Source of the DNA: an uncultured Planctomycetota bacterium
GTDB taxonomy: Bacteria; Planctomycetota; Planctomycetia; Isosphaerales; Isosphaeraceae
NCBI GenBank assembly: GCA_963737655.1
Contig: CAVTTN010000002.1
Coordinates: 4,864,001 to 4,928,000, forward strand
Length of the DNA: 64,000 nucleotides
Direction of reading: 5' to 3'
Each line of letters starts with the position of its first letter. Position 1 is the stretch's first letter. The position numbers and the translations under genes are program-made. Below, in pieces: positions 9,000 through 18,669 of this stretch. The notes beneath the pieces are model-generated. The model was not told where the DNA came from, searched no databases, and saw nothing but the letters and a program-made list of their open reading frames with translations.

Positions 9000-10937
9000 A
9001 TGCCTCAGGACCTGAAAGAGCCGGAGGCCCAGACGTTCGTCGAGGTCGCCCTGACGCTCGGGGGCAAGAGCGCCGAGGAGGCCCGGACGACCGGCAAGCT
9101 CGACCGCGCCGACGAGCAGGTCGAAGACCTGTTCGCGCCGAGATATCAGACCTCTCAGAGCCCCGCGCACCGGGCCGTCTGGGACCATCACCTGCCCGTC
9201 GACCTCTTCCTCCCCCAGCCGTCGGAAGTCCCCCCCGCGTGCAAGAAGGTGATGGACGACTCCCTGGCCGTGGTGAAGCGGAGGAAGGCCGAGAAGACGC
9301 TCCTGGACGATCGCGGCAAGGTCTCCGACGACACGCTCCACGAGCTCGCCGGGGTCGGCTACTGGGGCCTCCTCGTCGATCGCGAGTACGGAGGCCAGGG
9401 CGCCCCGTTCTCGGCGTTCGCGAAGTTCCTGGCGAAGATGGCGGCGATCGACGCGACCGTCGCGGGCCTGGCGTCGGTCCACGGCTGCATCGGCGCCGTG
9501 GACCCCCTGAGGACCTTCGGCACCGCCGAGCAGAAGGCCCGCATCCTCCCGCGATTGGCCAGCGGCGAGCGCCTCTCCGCCTTCGCGCTGACCGAGCCCA
9601 ACGCGGGATCGGACCTCACGGCCCTGCGGACGACGGCCCGGCTCGAAGGGGACGATTATCTCGTCACCGGCGAGAAGCTGTTCATCACCAACGCCGTGGC
9701 GGGCCGGACGGTTGGCCTCGTCTGCCTGATCGAGGGGAAGCCGGCCGTCCTGATCGCCGACCTGCCCGACCATGAGGACGAGCATTTCCAGGTGATTGGC
9801 TACGGCCTGTACGCCCTGAAGCACACGAACAACAACGGGCTGAGGTTCCGCGATTTCCGGGTCCCGAAGGAGAACCTGCTCGTCCCCAGCCGAGGCGACG
9901 GCCTGACGGTCGCCTATCACGGCCTGAACCTCGGCCGGGTCGCCCTGTGCGCGGCGGCCTCGGGCACCATGAGGACGATGATGGCGAACATCCTCCCCTG
10001 GGCCCACTTCCGCAAGACGTATGGCGCGGCCATCGAGACGCGGGAGCTGGTCCGGAGGCGGGTCGGCCGGCTCGCGGCGCTGATCGCCGGGTGCGATGCC
10101 CTGGTCGATTGGTGCTCGTGGCTCCTGGACCAGGGATACCGCGGCGAGATGGAATGCGTGGTCGCCAAGATCTTCGGCAGCGAGAGCCAGAAGGAGGCGG
10201 CCATCGAGCTGTTCATGAAGACCCACGGCGGCCGCGCCTTCCTCCACGGCCACCTGTTCGGCGACAACGTCCACGAATATCTCGCCCCGTGCATCTATGA
10301 GGGCGAAGGCGAGATGCTCGGGATGAGCTTCTTCAAGTCGCTGATCAAGGAGCACGGAAAGGCGTTCTTCGAGCCGATCGGCCGGGCGCTGGCGGCCTCG
10401 GGGATCAAGAAGCCAAACATGGCGAACCCGGCCCACGCCTGGGCGTTGCGGAGCGCCCTGGTCCCCTACGCGAAGTGGCGGGCCTCGGAGCTCTTCGCCG
10501 GCAAGAGGCACCCCGAGTGGCCCTCGGACATGCCGGAGAACCTCAAGGCGCACGCCGAGTTCGCCGCCGCCGCGCTGGACCGCAGCCGGATGGAGATCAG
10601 CGCCACGATGGTCAAGCACCAGCTCAAGCTGGCCGACCGCCAGTGCCGGATGAGCGAGCTCTCGGCCCGCCTCCAGGACATGACGATCATGCTCGCCGCG
10701 AGCCTCTGGGGATCGAAGCAGCCCTCGGAGATCACGCGAAAGAGCGTGGATCTCCTCTGCCGGGACCTCAAGCGCAAGCTCACCGGCAAGAGGCCCAGCG
10801 ACGCCGACATCCGGGCCGCCACCGACCTGGGCAAGGCCATCGAGGAAGGCGGCTGGCGGGAGATCTGCGACGGGATCGAGCCCGAGCCGATCCTCATGCC
10901 ATATTCCGACGGTTCGTCGTCCAACGGCAAGGCGTGA
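9000..10937 (+). CDS. Acyl-CoA dehydrogenase
   Basis: AFALTEPNAGSD, GEKLFITNA, LNLGRVALCA, HGGRAF, IYEGEGE. Confidence 0.92.
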   Translation: MPQDLKEPEAQTFVEVALTLGGKSAEEARTTGKLDRADEQVEDLFAPRYQTSQSPAHRAVWDHHLPVDLFLPQPSEVPPACKKVMDDSLAVVKRRKAEKTLLDDRGKVSDDTLHELAGVGYWGLLVDREYGGQGAPFSAFAKFLAKMAAIDATVAGLASVHGCIGAVDPLRTFGTAEQKARILPRLASGERLSAFALTEPNAGSDLTALRTTARLEGDDYLVTGEKLFITNAVAGRTVGLVCLIEGKPAVLIADLPDHEDEHFQVIGYGLYALKHTNNNGLRFRDFRVPKENLLVPSRGDGLTVAYHGLNLGRVALCAAASGTMRTMMANILPWAHFRKTYGAAIETRELVRRRVGRLAALIAGCDALVDWCSWLLDQGYRGEMECVVAKIFGSESQKEAAIELFMKTHGGRAFLHGHLFGDNVHEYLAPCIYEGEGEMLGMSFFKSLIKEHGKAFFEPIGRALAASGIKKPNMANPAHAWALRSALVPYAKWRASELFAGKRHPEWPSDMPENLKAHAEFAAAALDRSRMEISATMVKHQLKLADRQCRMSELSARLQDMTIMLAASLWGSKQPSEITRKSVDLLCRDLKRKLTGKRPSDADIRAATDLGKAIEEGGWREICDGIEPEPILMPYSDGSSSNGKA

Positions 10938-10969
10938 TCGGCGAGGCCGAAGGGATCGGAGGATCGCCG

Positions 10970-11761
10970 ATGGCGCTATCTCCCGAGGATCACCGGGCGG
11001 TCGAGCGGGTCGCGGACCTTCTCGACCCCTCGAAACGGCTCCTGTTCGTCACCGGGGCCGGGATCTCGGCCGATTCCGGCCTGCCGACCTATCGAGGCGT
11101 CGGCGGCCTCTACGCCGATCGCCCCACGCCGATGGGCTGGCGGATCGAGGAGGTACTCTCCGGCGACATGATGGCCATCCGGCCGGACCTCACCTGGAAA
11201 TACCTCGCCGAGATCGCCGACGCCAGCCGAGGGGCCACCTTCAACCGGGGACACTCGGTGATCGCCGAGATGGAGGCCCATTTCGCCGACGTCTGGACGC
11301 TCACGCAGAACGTGGACGGCTTCCACCGCGCCGCCGGATCAACCCAAGTGATCGACATCCACGGCGACATGAACCGGCTGATCTGCCCGAAGTGCCGATG
11401 GTCGGGCGACACCCGATCGTTCAAGATCGAGACGCTGCCGCCCCCGTGCCCGCGATGCGCGAAGCCGATCCGCCCCGACGTCGTCCTGTTCGGCGAGATG
11501 CTCGCGAAGGAGAAGTTGGCGGTCCTCCAGGAGCAGATGGCTCGCGGATTCGACGTCGTCTTCTCGATCGGGACCAGCAGCCTGTTCCCCTACATCATCG
11601 AGCCCGTCATGCTCGCCCACGAAGCGGGGGTGCCGACCGTCGAGATCAACCCCGGCGAGACCGAGATCGCCGACCTGATCGAGATCAAGATCGCCGCCGG
11701 AGCCGCCGAGGCCCTCGATGCCATCTGGAGCCGTTATCGGGACGGCCGGGGTTCGGACTGA
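10970..11761 (+). CDS. cobB: NAD-dependent protein deacylase (sirtuin, CobB-like)
   Basis: TGAGISADSG, TQNVDGFH, IHG, CxxC..CxxC, RPDVVLFGE, IGTS. Confidence 0.88.
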   Translation: MALSPEDHRAVERVADLLDPSKRLLFVTGAGISADSGLPTYRGVGGLYADRPTPMGWRIEEVLSGDMMAIRPDLTWKYLAEIADASRGATFNRGHSVIAEMEAHFADVWTLTQNVDGFHRAAGSTQVIDIHGDMNRLICPKCRWSGDTRSFKIETLPPPCPRCAKPIRPDVVLFGEMLAKEKLAVLQEQMARGFDVVFSIGTSSLFPYIIEPVMLAHEAGVPTVEINPGETEIADLIEIKIAAGAAEALDAIWSRYRDGRGSD

Positions 11762-11803
11762 CGATTGCCCCGTCACGACTCCCCGGCGAAAGGGAAGGCT
11801 CGG

Positions 11804-11827
11804 GTAGGTCCGACTTCAGTCGGGCCT
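11804..11827 (+). repeat. REP, RAYT-associated family (GTAGGTCCGACTTCAGTCGGGCCT)
   Basis: Same sequence as the REPs flanking the RAYT gene. Confidence 0.85.
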
Positions 11828-11910
11828 TCTCGGTCGGTCGAACCGACCGGGGTATTCGACCGAGCAACCGACGAGCGTTTTCCAGCGAAAAAATGCAAAA
11901 TCGCAAGGAT

Positions 11911-12246
11911 TCAAATATTAAGTTGCATGGCCGTCCTGGCCGCGATCCCCGCGCGAAGGCGGGCCCGGAGAGGGGAATCCGGCTTCGAAGGAGCGGCCCG
12001 ACTCTCGGCCACTTCCGCCGCGATCTCGGCGTCGATCTCGGCCTGATGATCCCAGAAATAGAGCATCGCCGCGTGGGCCTCGGCGGGGGTCAGCCCGGGA
12101 TGTTGTCGGCACATCTGGTCGGGAAACCAGCCATGGGCGAGGTAATCCATCGCCACCTGGGCGACGCGGATTCTCGGCAGCCTTTCCAGCCGGGGCGATC
12201 CTCCCGGCGGCTCCTCGATGTGCGGATATTGGACTTCGACGGCCAT
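11911..12246 (-). CDS. DUF433-domain protein (antitoxin-like)
   Basis: PHIE..G.PRL..RIRVAQV..G..PDQM...HPGLTPAEAHAAMLYFWDH pattern. Confidence 0.75.
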   Translation of the reverse strand: MAVEVQYPHIEEPPGGSPRLERLPRIRVAQVAMDYLAHGWFPDQMCRQHPGLTPAEAHAAMLYFWDHQAEIDAEIAAEVAESRAAPSKPDSPLRARLRAGIAARTAMQLNI

Positions 12247-12352
12247 CCCGTCCTCCCTCGCGACCCGGTCCCATCGTAGGATGCGAGCGGGGCGTCCGCC
12301 AGACGTTTTTCTCGATGGACCCGGGCCGCGAACCTTTTCGATTGGGGGAACC

Positions 12353-14500
12353 ATGCCAGGCGCCTTCCGCCTCGAGGAGCGCGACGACAAGGTCGCCGTC
12401 CTCACCTTCGACCTTCCCGACAAGAAGGTCAACACGCTGGGTCGGGAGGTCCTCGACGAGCTCGGCGGGGTCGTCCGCGCGCTCTCGACGAGGACCGACC
12501 TTCGCGGCCTCCTGTTCGTCAGCGGCAAGCCCGGCCAGTTCATCGCCGGGGCCGACTTGAACGAGCTGGGCGCGATGGCGTTCGCCTCCAGGGAGCAGGT
12601 CGAGCAGGCCCTCGGCTTCGGCCATGTCCTGTTCGGCGCCGTCTCGAAGCTGCCGTTCCCCACCGTCGCCCTGATCGACGGCAATTGCATGGGCGGCGGC
12701 ACCGAGCTCGTCCTGTCGATGGACGAGCGGATCGTCTCGGATGCGTCTCACACCAAGATCGCGCTGCCCGAGGTCAAGGTCGGGCTGATCCCGGCCTGGG
12801 GCGGCACGCAGAGGCTCCCTAGGCTCGTCGGCGTGAACCCCGCGGTCGAGATGATCACCTCGGGCGAGGGGGTGGACGCCAAGAAGGCCGCCGCCATCGG
12901 CCTCGCGTTCGACGCCGTCCCCGCCGATCGCCTGATCGACGAGGGCCTGAGGCGGATCGAGGCCCTCCGCGAGGGGGACGAGTGGGCCAAGCTCCGCAAG
13001 ACGAGGTCGCAGCCCGCGGGCCTGAGCGCCGATCAGAGGCAATTCGCCTTCGGAGTGGCCGAAGGGGCGATCCGGGGCAAGACCAAGGGGCAATATCCCG
13101 CCCCGCTCGTGGCCCTTCACGCGATCCGGGACGGCTGCAACCTCACTCTGGAGGAAGGCATCGCCGTCGAGAAGAAGGCGGCCCTGGACGTGGTCGGCTC
13201 GCCGATCTCCGCCGCGCTGATCGGCGTGTTCTTCCTCCAGACGAAGGCCGGTCGCGACCCCGGCGTGACCGACCCCAGCGTCAAGCCCCGCGACGTGAAG
13301 CGAGTGGGCGTCCTCGGCGCCGGCCTGATGGGATCAGGGATCGCCACGGCCCACGCGCGCTCGAAAATCCCTGCGGAAATGGTGGACGTCGATGACGCGA
13401 GGATCGCCGACGGCCTGAAGAGGGCCGAAGACGTCGTGATGAGTCGGATCAAGATCGGCCGGGCGCAGCCTCAGGACATGGTGGACATGCTCGCCCACCT
13501 GAGCACGTCCACATCCCAGAAGATTTTCGCCGACGCCGACGTGGTGATCGAGGCCGTGACCGAGGACGAGGCGGTCAAGACCGCCATGTTCCGCGACCTG
13601 GCCTCCGTGATGAAGGACGGGGCGATCCTCGCGAGCAACACCTCCACGATCTCGATCACGAGGATGGCCGAATCGGCGCCCTCGGCCGATCGGTTCATCG
13701 GCATGCATTTCTTCTCGCCGGTGGACCGGATGGAGCTGGTCGAGGTCGTCCGGGGCGAGAAGACCAGCGACGAGACCGTGGCCACGATCGTGGCGCTCGC
13801 CCGGAAGATCCGCAAGACGCCGATCGTGGTGAAGGATTGCCCCGGGTTCCTCGTCAATCGCGTGCTGTTCCCGTACATGAACGAGGCGCTCGTGATGCTG
13901 GCCGAGGGCGTGCCGATGGACGCCATCGACGCCGCCGCCGAGGCCTTCGGGATGCCGATGGGGCCGATCGCCCTGGAGGACATGGTCGGCCTCGACGTGG
14001 CCGCCTACGCCGGCCGGGTGCTCGCGAACGCGTATCCCGATCGCGCCGTGCCGACGCCGATCCTGCTCGATCTGGTGAAGTCCGGCCGCCTGGGGAAGAA
14101 GACCGGCGCCGGCTTCCGCAAGTTCTCGGGCAAGGGCAAGCCGACGAATGACCCGGCGTTCGACGCCCTCCTCGCCAAGCATCGCTCGGGCGAATCCCAG
14201 CTCTCGGCCGACGCGATCCAGGACCGCCTGTTCCTCCCCATGCTCCTGGAGGCGTCGCGAGTCCTGGAAGAAGGGATCGTCCGCGAGCCGGGGGACGTGG
14301 ACCTCGGCCTGATCCTCGGCACCGGCTTCCCGCCGTTCAAGGGCGGGCTGCTGAGATGGGCCGACACGGTCGGGGCGAAGGCAATCGTGGAAAAAACCGA
14401 GGCGCTCCGGCACCTCGGCAAGCGGTTCGAGCCGACCGAAACGCTCGTCCGGATGGCCCGGACGGGCGAGACGTTCTATCCTCGGCCGAAGCTGGGTTGA
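12353..14500 (+). CDS. Fatty acid oxidation complex alpha subunit (enoyl-CoA hydratase / 3-hydroxyacyl-CoA dehydrogenase, FadB/FadJ-like)
   Basis: FIAGADL, CMGGGTEL, LPEVKVGLIP, GAGLMGSGIA, SNTSTISI, GMHFFSPV. Confidence 0.93.
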   Translation: MPGAFRLEERDDKVAVLTFDLPDKKVNTLGREVLDELGGVVRALSTRTDLRGLLFVSGKPGQFIAGADLNELGAMAFASREQVEQALGFGHVLFGAVSKLPFPTVALIDGNCMGGGTELVLSMDERIVSDASHTKIALPEVKVGLIPAWGGTQRLPRLVGVNPAVEMITSGEGVDAKKAAAIGLAFDAVPADRLIDEGLRRIEALREGDEWAKLRKTRSQPAGLSADQRQFAFGVAEGAIRGKTKGQYPAPLVALHAIRDGCNLTLEEGIAVEKKAALDVVGSPISAALIGVFFLQTKAGRDPGVTDPSVKPRDVKRVGVLGAGLMGSGIATAHARSKIPAEMVDVDDARIADGLKRAEDVVMSRIKIGRAQPQDMVDMLAHLSTSTSQKIFADADVVIEAVTEDEAVKTAMFRDLASVMKDGAILASNTSTISITRMAESAPSADRFIGMHFFSPVDRMELVEVVRGEKTSDETVATIVALARKIRKTPIVVKDCPGFLVNRVLFPYMNEALVMLAEGVPMDAIDAAAEAFGMPMGPIALEDMVGLDVAAYAGRVLANAYPDRAVPTPILLDLVKSGRLGKKTGAGFRKFSGKGKPTNDPAFDALLAKHRSGESQLSADAIQDRLFLPMLLEASRVLEEGIVREPGDVDLGLILGTGFPPFKGGLLRWADTVGAKAIVEKTEALRHLGKRFEPTETLVRMARTGETFYPRPKLG

Positions 14501-14536
14501 GTCGGCCCCACCAAGTTATCGGGGGGAGAAGAACGA

Positions 14537-14562
14537 GTAGGTCCGACTTCAGTCGGGCCTAC
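14537..14562 (+). repeat. REP, left flank of RAYT
   Basis: GTAG-GTCCGAC-TTCA-GTCGGGC-CTAC imperfect palindrome. Confidence 0.9.
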
Positions 14563-14650
14563 ACATCTCTTATCATCAATCCATGAAATTCCATATCGGG
14601 CAAATCATTTCAAGTTATATTAAATTTCCGAACGAATTGGAGGTCCCCCG

Positions 14651-15181
14651 ATGGCGGAAGGCGAGTATTCCCGGAGATTCGTAACCGAGCGCCCCCGATT
14701 CGGTCGTCATCATTTGCCTCACCATCAGATGGGCGGTAGTACGTACTTCGTCACGTTTCGCTCGGCCCGGGGCGTCTTGCCCGATCAGGCCCTGGCGGCC
14801 TTGAGAGATCACCTGAGCGAGGGGCATGGAGGCCTGTTCGACCTGGCGTTCGGCGTAATCATGCCCGATCACGTGCATCTCCTCTTGAGACCTCGGCCTC
14901 ATTCGCCCGGCCTCTGGCATGACTTGGGCGCGATCATGAAGTCGATCAAGGGGGGAAGCGCGAGGAAGATCAATCGAATCCTCGGGACCGAGAGGGCCGT
15001 CTGGCAGAAGGAATCCTTCGATCGGATCGTCCCCGACGATGCCGAGTTCGAGCAGAAATGGGATTACATGGTGAATAATCCGCGAAAAGCGGGGCTGGTC
15101 GAGGATTCGGAGGATGACCGCTTCTTCATCAGGCCGGTCGATGAGGGCAACTCGTCGAGGGAATCGGGGACGGTTTTGTAG
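14651..15181 (+). mobile_element. REP-associated tyrosine transposase (RAYT / TnpA-REP, Y1 HUH family)
   Basis: TYFVTF, HUH motif MPDHVHLL, WQKESFD, catalytic YMVNNP..AGLV; inverted GTAG REPs on both sides. Confidence 0.9.
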
Positions 15182-15203
15182 GCCCGACTGAAGTCGGACC
15201 TAC
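15178..15203 (-). repeat. REP, right flank of RAYT (inverted; supplies the RAYT TAG stop)
   Basis: Reverse complement of 14537-14562; TAG at 15179-15181. Confidence 0.9.
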
Positions 15204-15245
15204 TCGGCAAGCCACACAACAGAACATGTTCGAGGGAGACTTGCG

Positions 15246-16412
15246 ATGAGACGCGCCGTGATCGTCGAGGCCGTCCGCACGCCGATCGGGCGGGCCTCGG
15301 CCGACAAGGGATACTTTCGCGACGTCCGCGCCGACGAGCTCTCGGCCGGGCTCGATGAACGCGCTGATCGGGCGCACCGGGATCGACCCGAAGCTGATCG
15401 AGGACGTCCGCTGGGGCTGCGTCCAGCAGCAGGGGGAGCAGGGGTTCGACGTGGCCAGGATCGCCGCGCTGATCGCCGGGCTGCCGGTCGAGGTCGGCGG
15501 CGTGACGATCAACCGCAACTGCGCCAGCAGCCTCCAGGCGATCAACGACTCGGCCATGAGCATCGCCGCCGAGTGCGAAGACGTCCAGATCGCCGGGGGC
15601 GTCGAACACATGGACCACATCCCCATGTCCAAGGATTACAACCCGAGCCGCTCTTGTTCCGGAAGAACAGCGAGGCGATCAACCACATGGGCCTCACCGC
15701 CGAGTACCTGGCGATGAAGTACCGCATCCCCCGGCAGAAGCAGGACGAATTCGCGCTGAGGAGCCACCTCCTTGCGGCGAAGGCCACCGACGCCGGCCTG
15801 TTCCTCAACGAGATCGTGCCGACCTACGGCCGCGACGACGCCGGCCACAAGACGAAGCTGACCACCGACCAGTGCATCCGCCGCGATTCGTCGATCGAGG
15901 CCCTCGCCGCGCTGCCCCCGGCGTTCAACCCGGCCGGAGGCTCGGTCACGGCGGGCAACAGCTCGCCGATCAACGTCGGGGCCGCCGCCCTGCTCGTCAT
16001 GTCCGAGGACAAGGCCAGGGAGCTCGGCCTCGAACCGCTGGCCCGGGTGAGGTCGATGGCGGTGGCGGGCGTCGATCCCTCCGAGATGGGCATCGGCCCC
16101 GTCCCGGCCACCCACAAGGCCCTCAAGCGGGCCGGCCTCTCGCTCGACGACATCGGCTGCATCGAGCTCAACGAGGCGTTCGCGGTCCAGGTCCTCGCGG
16201 TGATGAAGCTGCTCGGCCTCAAGGAGAAGGACGAGCCCAGGATCAACGCCAGAGGGGGCTCGATCGCCATCGGCCACCCCCTGGGAGCCAGCGGAGCCCG
16301 GATCACCACCACGCTCCTCCACCGGATGCGCGACGAAGGCCAATCGCTCGGCCTGGCCACCATGTGCGTCGGCCAGGGGCAGGGCGTGGCGACGATCTTC
16401 GAGCGGGTGTGA
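15246..16412 (+). CDS. 3-ketoacyl-CoA thiolase (FadA-like), two compensating frameshifts (about 15354 and 15648)
   Basis: VRTPIGR; TINRNCASS (catalytic Cys) lies in the shifted frame 15355-15650; ELNEAFA, GGSIAIGHPLGASG, TMCVGQGQG. Confidence 0.9.
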   Translation: MRRAVIVEAVRTPIGRASADKGYFRDVRADELSAGLDERADRAHRDRPEADRGRPLGLRPAAGGAGVRRGQDRRADRRAAGRGRRRDDQPQLRQQPPGDQRLGHEHRRRVRRRPDRRGRRTHGPHPHVQGLQPEPLLFRKNSEAINHMGLTAEYLAMKYRIPRQKQDEFALRSHLLAAKATDAGLFLNEIVPTYGRDDAGHKTKLTTDQCIRRDSSIEALAALPPAFNPAGGSVTAGNSSPINVGAAALLVMSEDKARELGLEPLARVRSMAVAGVDPSEMGIGPVPATHKALKRAGLSLDDIGCIELNEAFAVQVLAVMKLLGLKEKDEPRINARGGSIAIGHPLGASGARITTTLLHRMRDEGQSLGLATMCVGQGQGVATIFERV

Positions 16413-16873
16413 CCCTCAAGACCAGGGACGCCCGCCAAGCCAGGTCGCGGGACGGAGCGGAGACCTCGAGGATCCGTTCCGCCCCCAGCCCTCTCCGCCT
16501 TCTCGGAACGCGCACTGCATACTACAAAACAGAAAAATTTTATAAAAATGAGCTTTTCTTAATATTCAAATGTTCTCTGGTGAGGAGATCACGGCCGCCC
16601 GCCGGCGCTCCGGCTTCGGGGAGGACGGCCCCATTGGTGGCCGAGCCGATCGCCGCGACCGGACTCCGCAGGCGGTCCCGGACTCCGATCGGGGCCTTGA
16701 AACCCTGGTCTCGGGGCTTCGCGATCGTCCGGATGGGGTGAAGAAGCGGCTTGTGTCGGGTTCGCGAGCGGGATAAGCTCTGAGATCGAGGGAGAAGGTC
16801 CGATCCCGATCGGGCTGCCATCCGGAGCGGAGGCACCCTCGGCGGTCGAGTCTCCCCGGGGGTTTCCTCTCGC

Positions 16874-17278
16874 GTGTCCACGTCCCGCAGCTCGGTCCGC
16901 TGGAACTCCCGGCTCGTCGGAGCGGCCTTCGCCCTCCTGACGCTGGCGAGCCTCGCGCCCGACGCGGCTCGAGCCGGTTGCGTGCATCCGGCGACCGAGG
17001 GGGCGGACCACCTGGACCTGCTCCGAGCCGCCGGTTCGCTGGGCGATGCGCCCGCGATGCCGAGACCGGACCCCGGGGGATGCACCGGGCCGTATTGCTC
17101 GAGCCGATCCGATCCGCCGCTCGGGCCTTCCGCCGCCTCGTCCCCGCGGGTGAGCCAGTGGGCGGTCCTGGACCCGCCGCCTCCTCGGATCGCCCGGGCT
17201 TCCTTCCCCCGCCGCCGAGATGGCGGCCGGGCGAAGCCGATCCTCGCGGCCGAAGCGATCTTTCATCCTCCGCGATGA
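16874..17278 (+). CDS. Small signal-peptide protein with Cys motifs and C-terminal HPPR (leader / DUF2946-like architecture)
   Basis: Hydrophobic signal ending ARA-GC; CVHP and CTGPYC; ends AIFHPPR-stop; precedes the DUF1559 cluster. Confidence 0.55.
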   Translation: MSTSRSSVRWNSRLVGAAFALLTLASLAPDAARAGCVHPATEGADHLDLLRAAGSLGDAPAMPRPDPGGCTGPYCSSRSDPPLGPSAASSPRVSQWAVLDPPPPRIARASFPRRRDGGRAKPILAAEAIFHPPR

Positions 17279-17691
17279 GCCTCGCCCGCGGTCTGGTCGC
17301 CGGATCGTCGCGATGACGGTGCGCACCCCCGGGGTGTCGCGCCATCGACCTCGAACCGCCGTTGATCCCTCGGCGAAGCCGCGCCCTGCGCCGGACTGGG
17401 AGGGCCCTCTCCCGATCCGGCCGGCGCCGCCCTTCCTCCGGCGCGATCGGCGACGGCCACGCAGGAAACGCGCCTCGATCCGGCCGCCGTCGCCGTGGGC
17501 GGGCCCGCGCCTTCCGGTTCCACTCCGACGTCGAGAGCCTGAGGTCTCGGGCCGGGCGCCTGCGCCCCGATCGCCCCGACCTCCCGGCCTGCCGGCCACG
17601 CCCCGACGGGTCGGCCGGGTCGCCGCTCCGTCCTCCGGGCGGCTGCGCGACGAGTCTCACTCATCCCTCCTTCTTCAAATGAGAGAATTCC

Positions 17692-18651
17692 ATGATACTT
17701 CGTGAATCGCGGCGCGGTTTCACCTTGATCGAGCTCCTCGTGGTGATCGCGATCATCGGCGTCCTGATCGCCCTGCTGCTGCCGGCCGTCCAGGCGGCTC
17801 GTGAGGCCGCCCGCCGGGCCCAGTGCACCAACAACTTGAAGCAGATCGGCCTGGCGGCGCACAACTATCACGACCGGGTCGGCGCCCTTCCCGGGGCCGA
17901 ACTGGCCCAGGGCGTGACGAGCTTCTCGGCCCTGTCGCACCTGCTCCCCGGCCTGGAGCTGGGGAATCAGTACAACGCCCTGAACTTCTCGCTGCCGAAC
18001 TCGGACCCCTCGAACGCGACCGTGGCGTTCGTGGCGGTCTCGTCGTTCATCTGCCCGTCGGACGTGAACAACTCGGCGCTGGCCTCGATCGGGGCGCAGA
18101 CCAACTACATGGCCGACATGGGGAGCTGGATCGTCTGGATGTCGGCGACCGGGCCGAACGTCGGCCTGATGCCGCCCAACGGCGTGTTCTACGGCAACAG
18201 CGCCACCCGGTTCGCCGACGTGATCGATGGGCTGTCCAACACGGGGTTCTTCAGCGAGCGGATCCTTGCCGACGGCAACAATGCGGTCGTCAGCCCGATC
18301 GCCGACGTGTTCTTCAGCCCGGCGGCGCCGACGACGATCGACGACGCCGTGACGTTGTGCCGGGCGTTGGACGTCAACAACCTCTCCAACCAGTTCCCGC
18401 TGTTCATGGGGGCGCCCTGGGTCAACGGCCAGCACGTGTTCCTCCACGTGACGGGCCCGAACACGCGGTCGTGCGGCTTCTTCGCCGCGCTCCGCGCCGT
18501 GATGCCCGCCAGCAGCCGCCACCCCGGGGGGGTGAACGTGCTGATGGGCGACGGCTCGGTGCGGTTCATCAAGGATGGGATCAGCGTCCCGACGTGGCGG
18601 GCCCTGGGCACCGTCGCCGGGGGCGAGATCGTCAACCAGGGCGAACTTTGA
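17692..18651 (+). CDS. DUF1559 (PulG-like) prepilin-type N-terminal cleavage/methylation protein
   Basis: [48 protein letters not shown]9-DG motif [14 protein letters not shown]. Confidence 0.95.
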   Translation: MILRESRRGFTLIELLVVIAIIGVLIALLLPAVQAAREAARRAQCTNNLKQIGLAAHNYHDRVGALPGAELAQGVTSFSALSHLLPGLELGNQYNALNFSLPNSDPSNATVAFVAVSSFICPSDVNNSALASIGAQTNYMADMGSWIVWMSATGPNVGLMPPNGVFYGNSATRFADVIDGLSNTGFFSERILADGNNAVVSPIADVFFSPAAPTTIDDAVTLCRALDVNNLSNQFPLFMGAPWVNGQHVFLHVTGPNTRSCGFFAALRAVMPASSRHPGGVNVLMGDGSVRFIKDGISVPTWRALGTVAGGEIVNQGEL

Positions 18652-18669
18652 GAACGGAGCCTGCCGCCC

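Noticed and set aside
6893..10619. Long overlapping or antisense ORFs (960 aa, 970 aa, and similar at 17263-20142, 35979-38792, 55243-57999)
   Set aside because: Typical high-GC shadow ORFs over well-supported genes; no motifs.
14651..15181. IS200/IS605 element with TnpB
   Set aside because: No tnpB nearby; the motifs and flanking GTAG palindromes fit RAYT.
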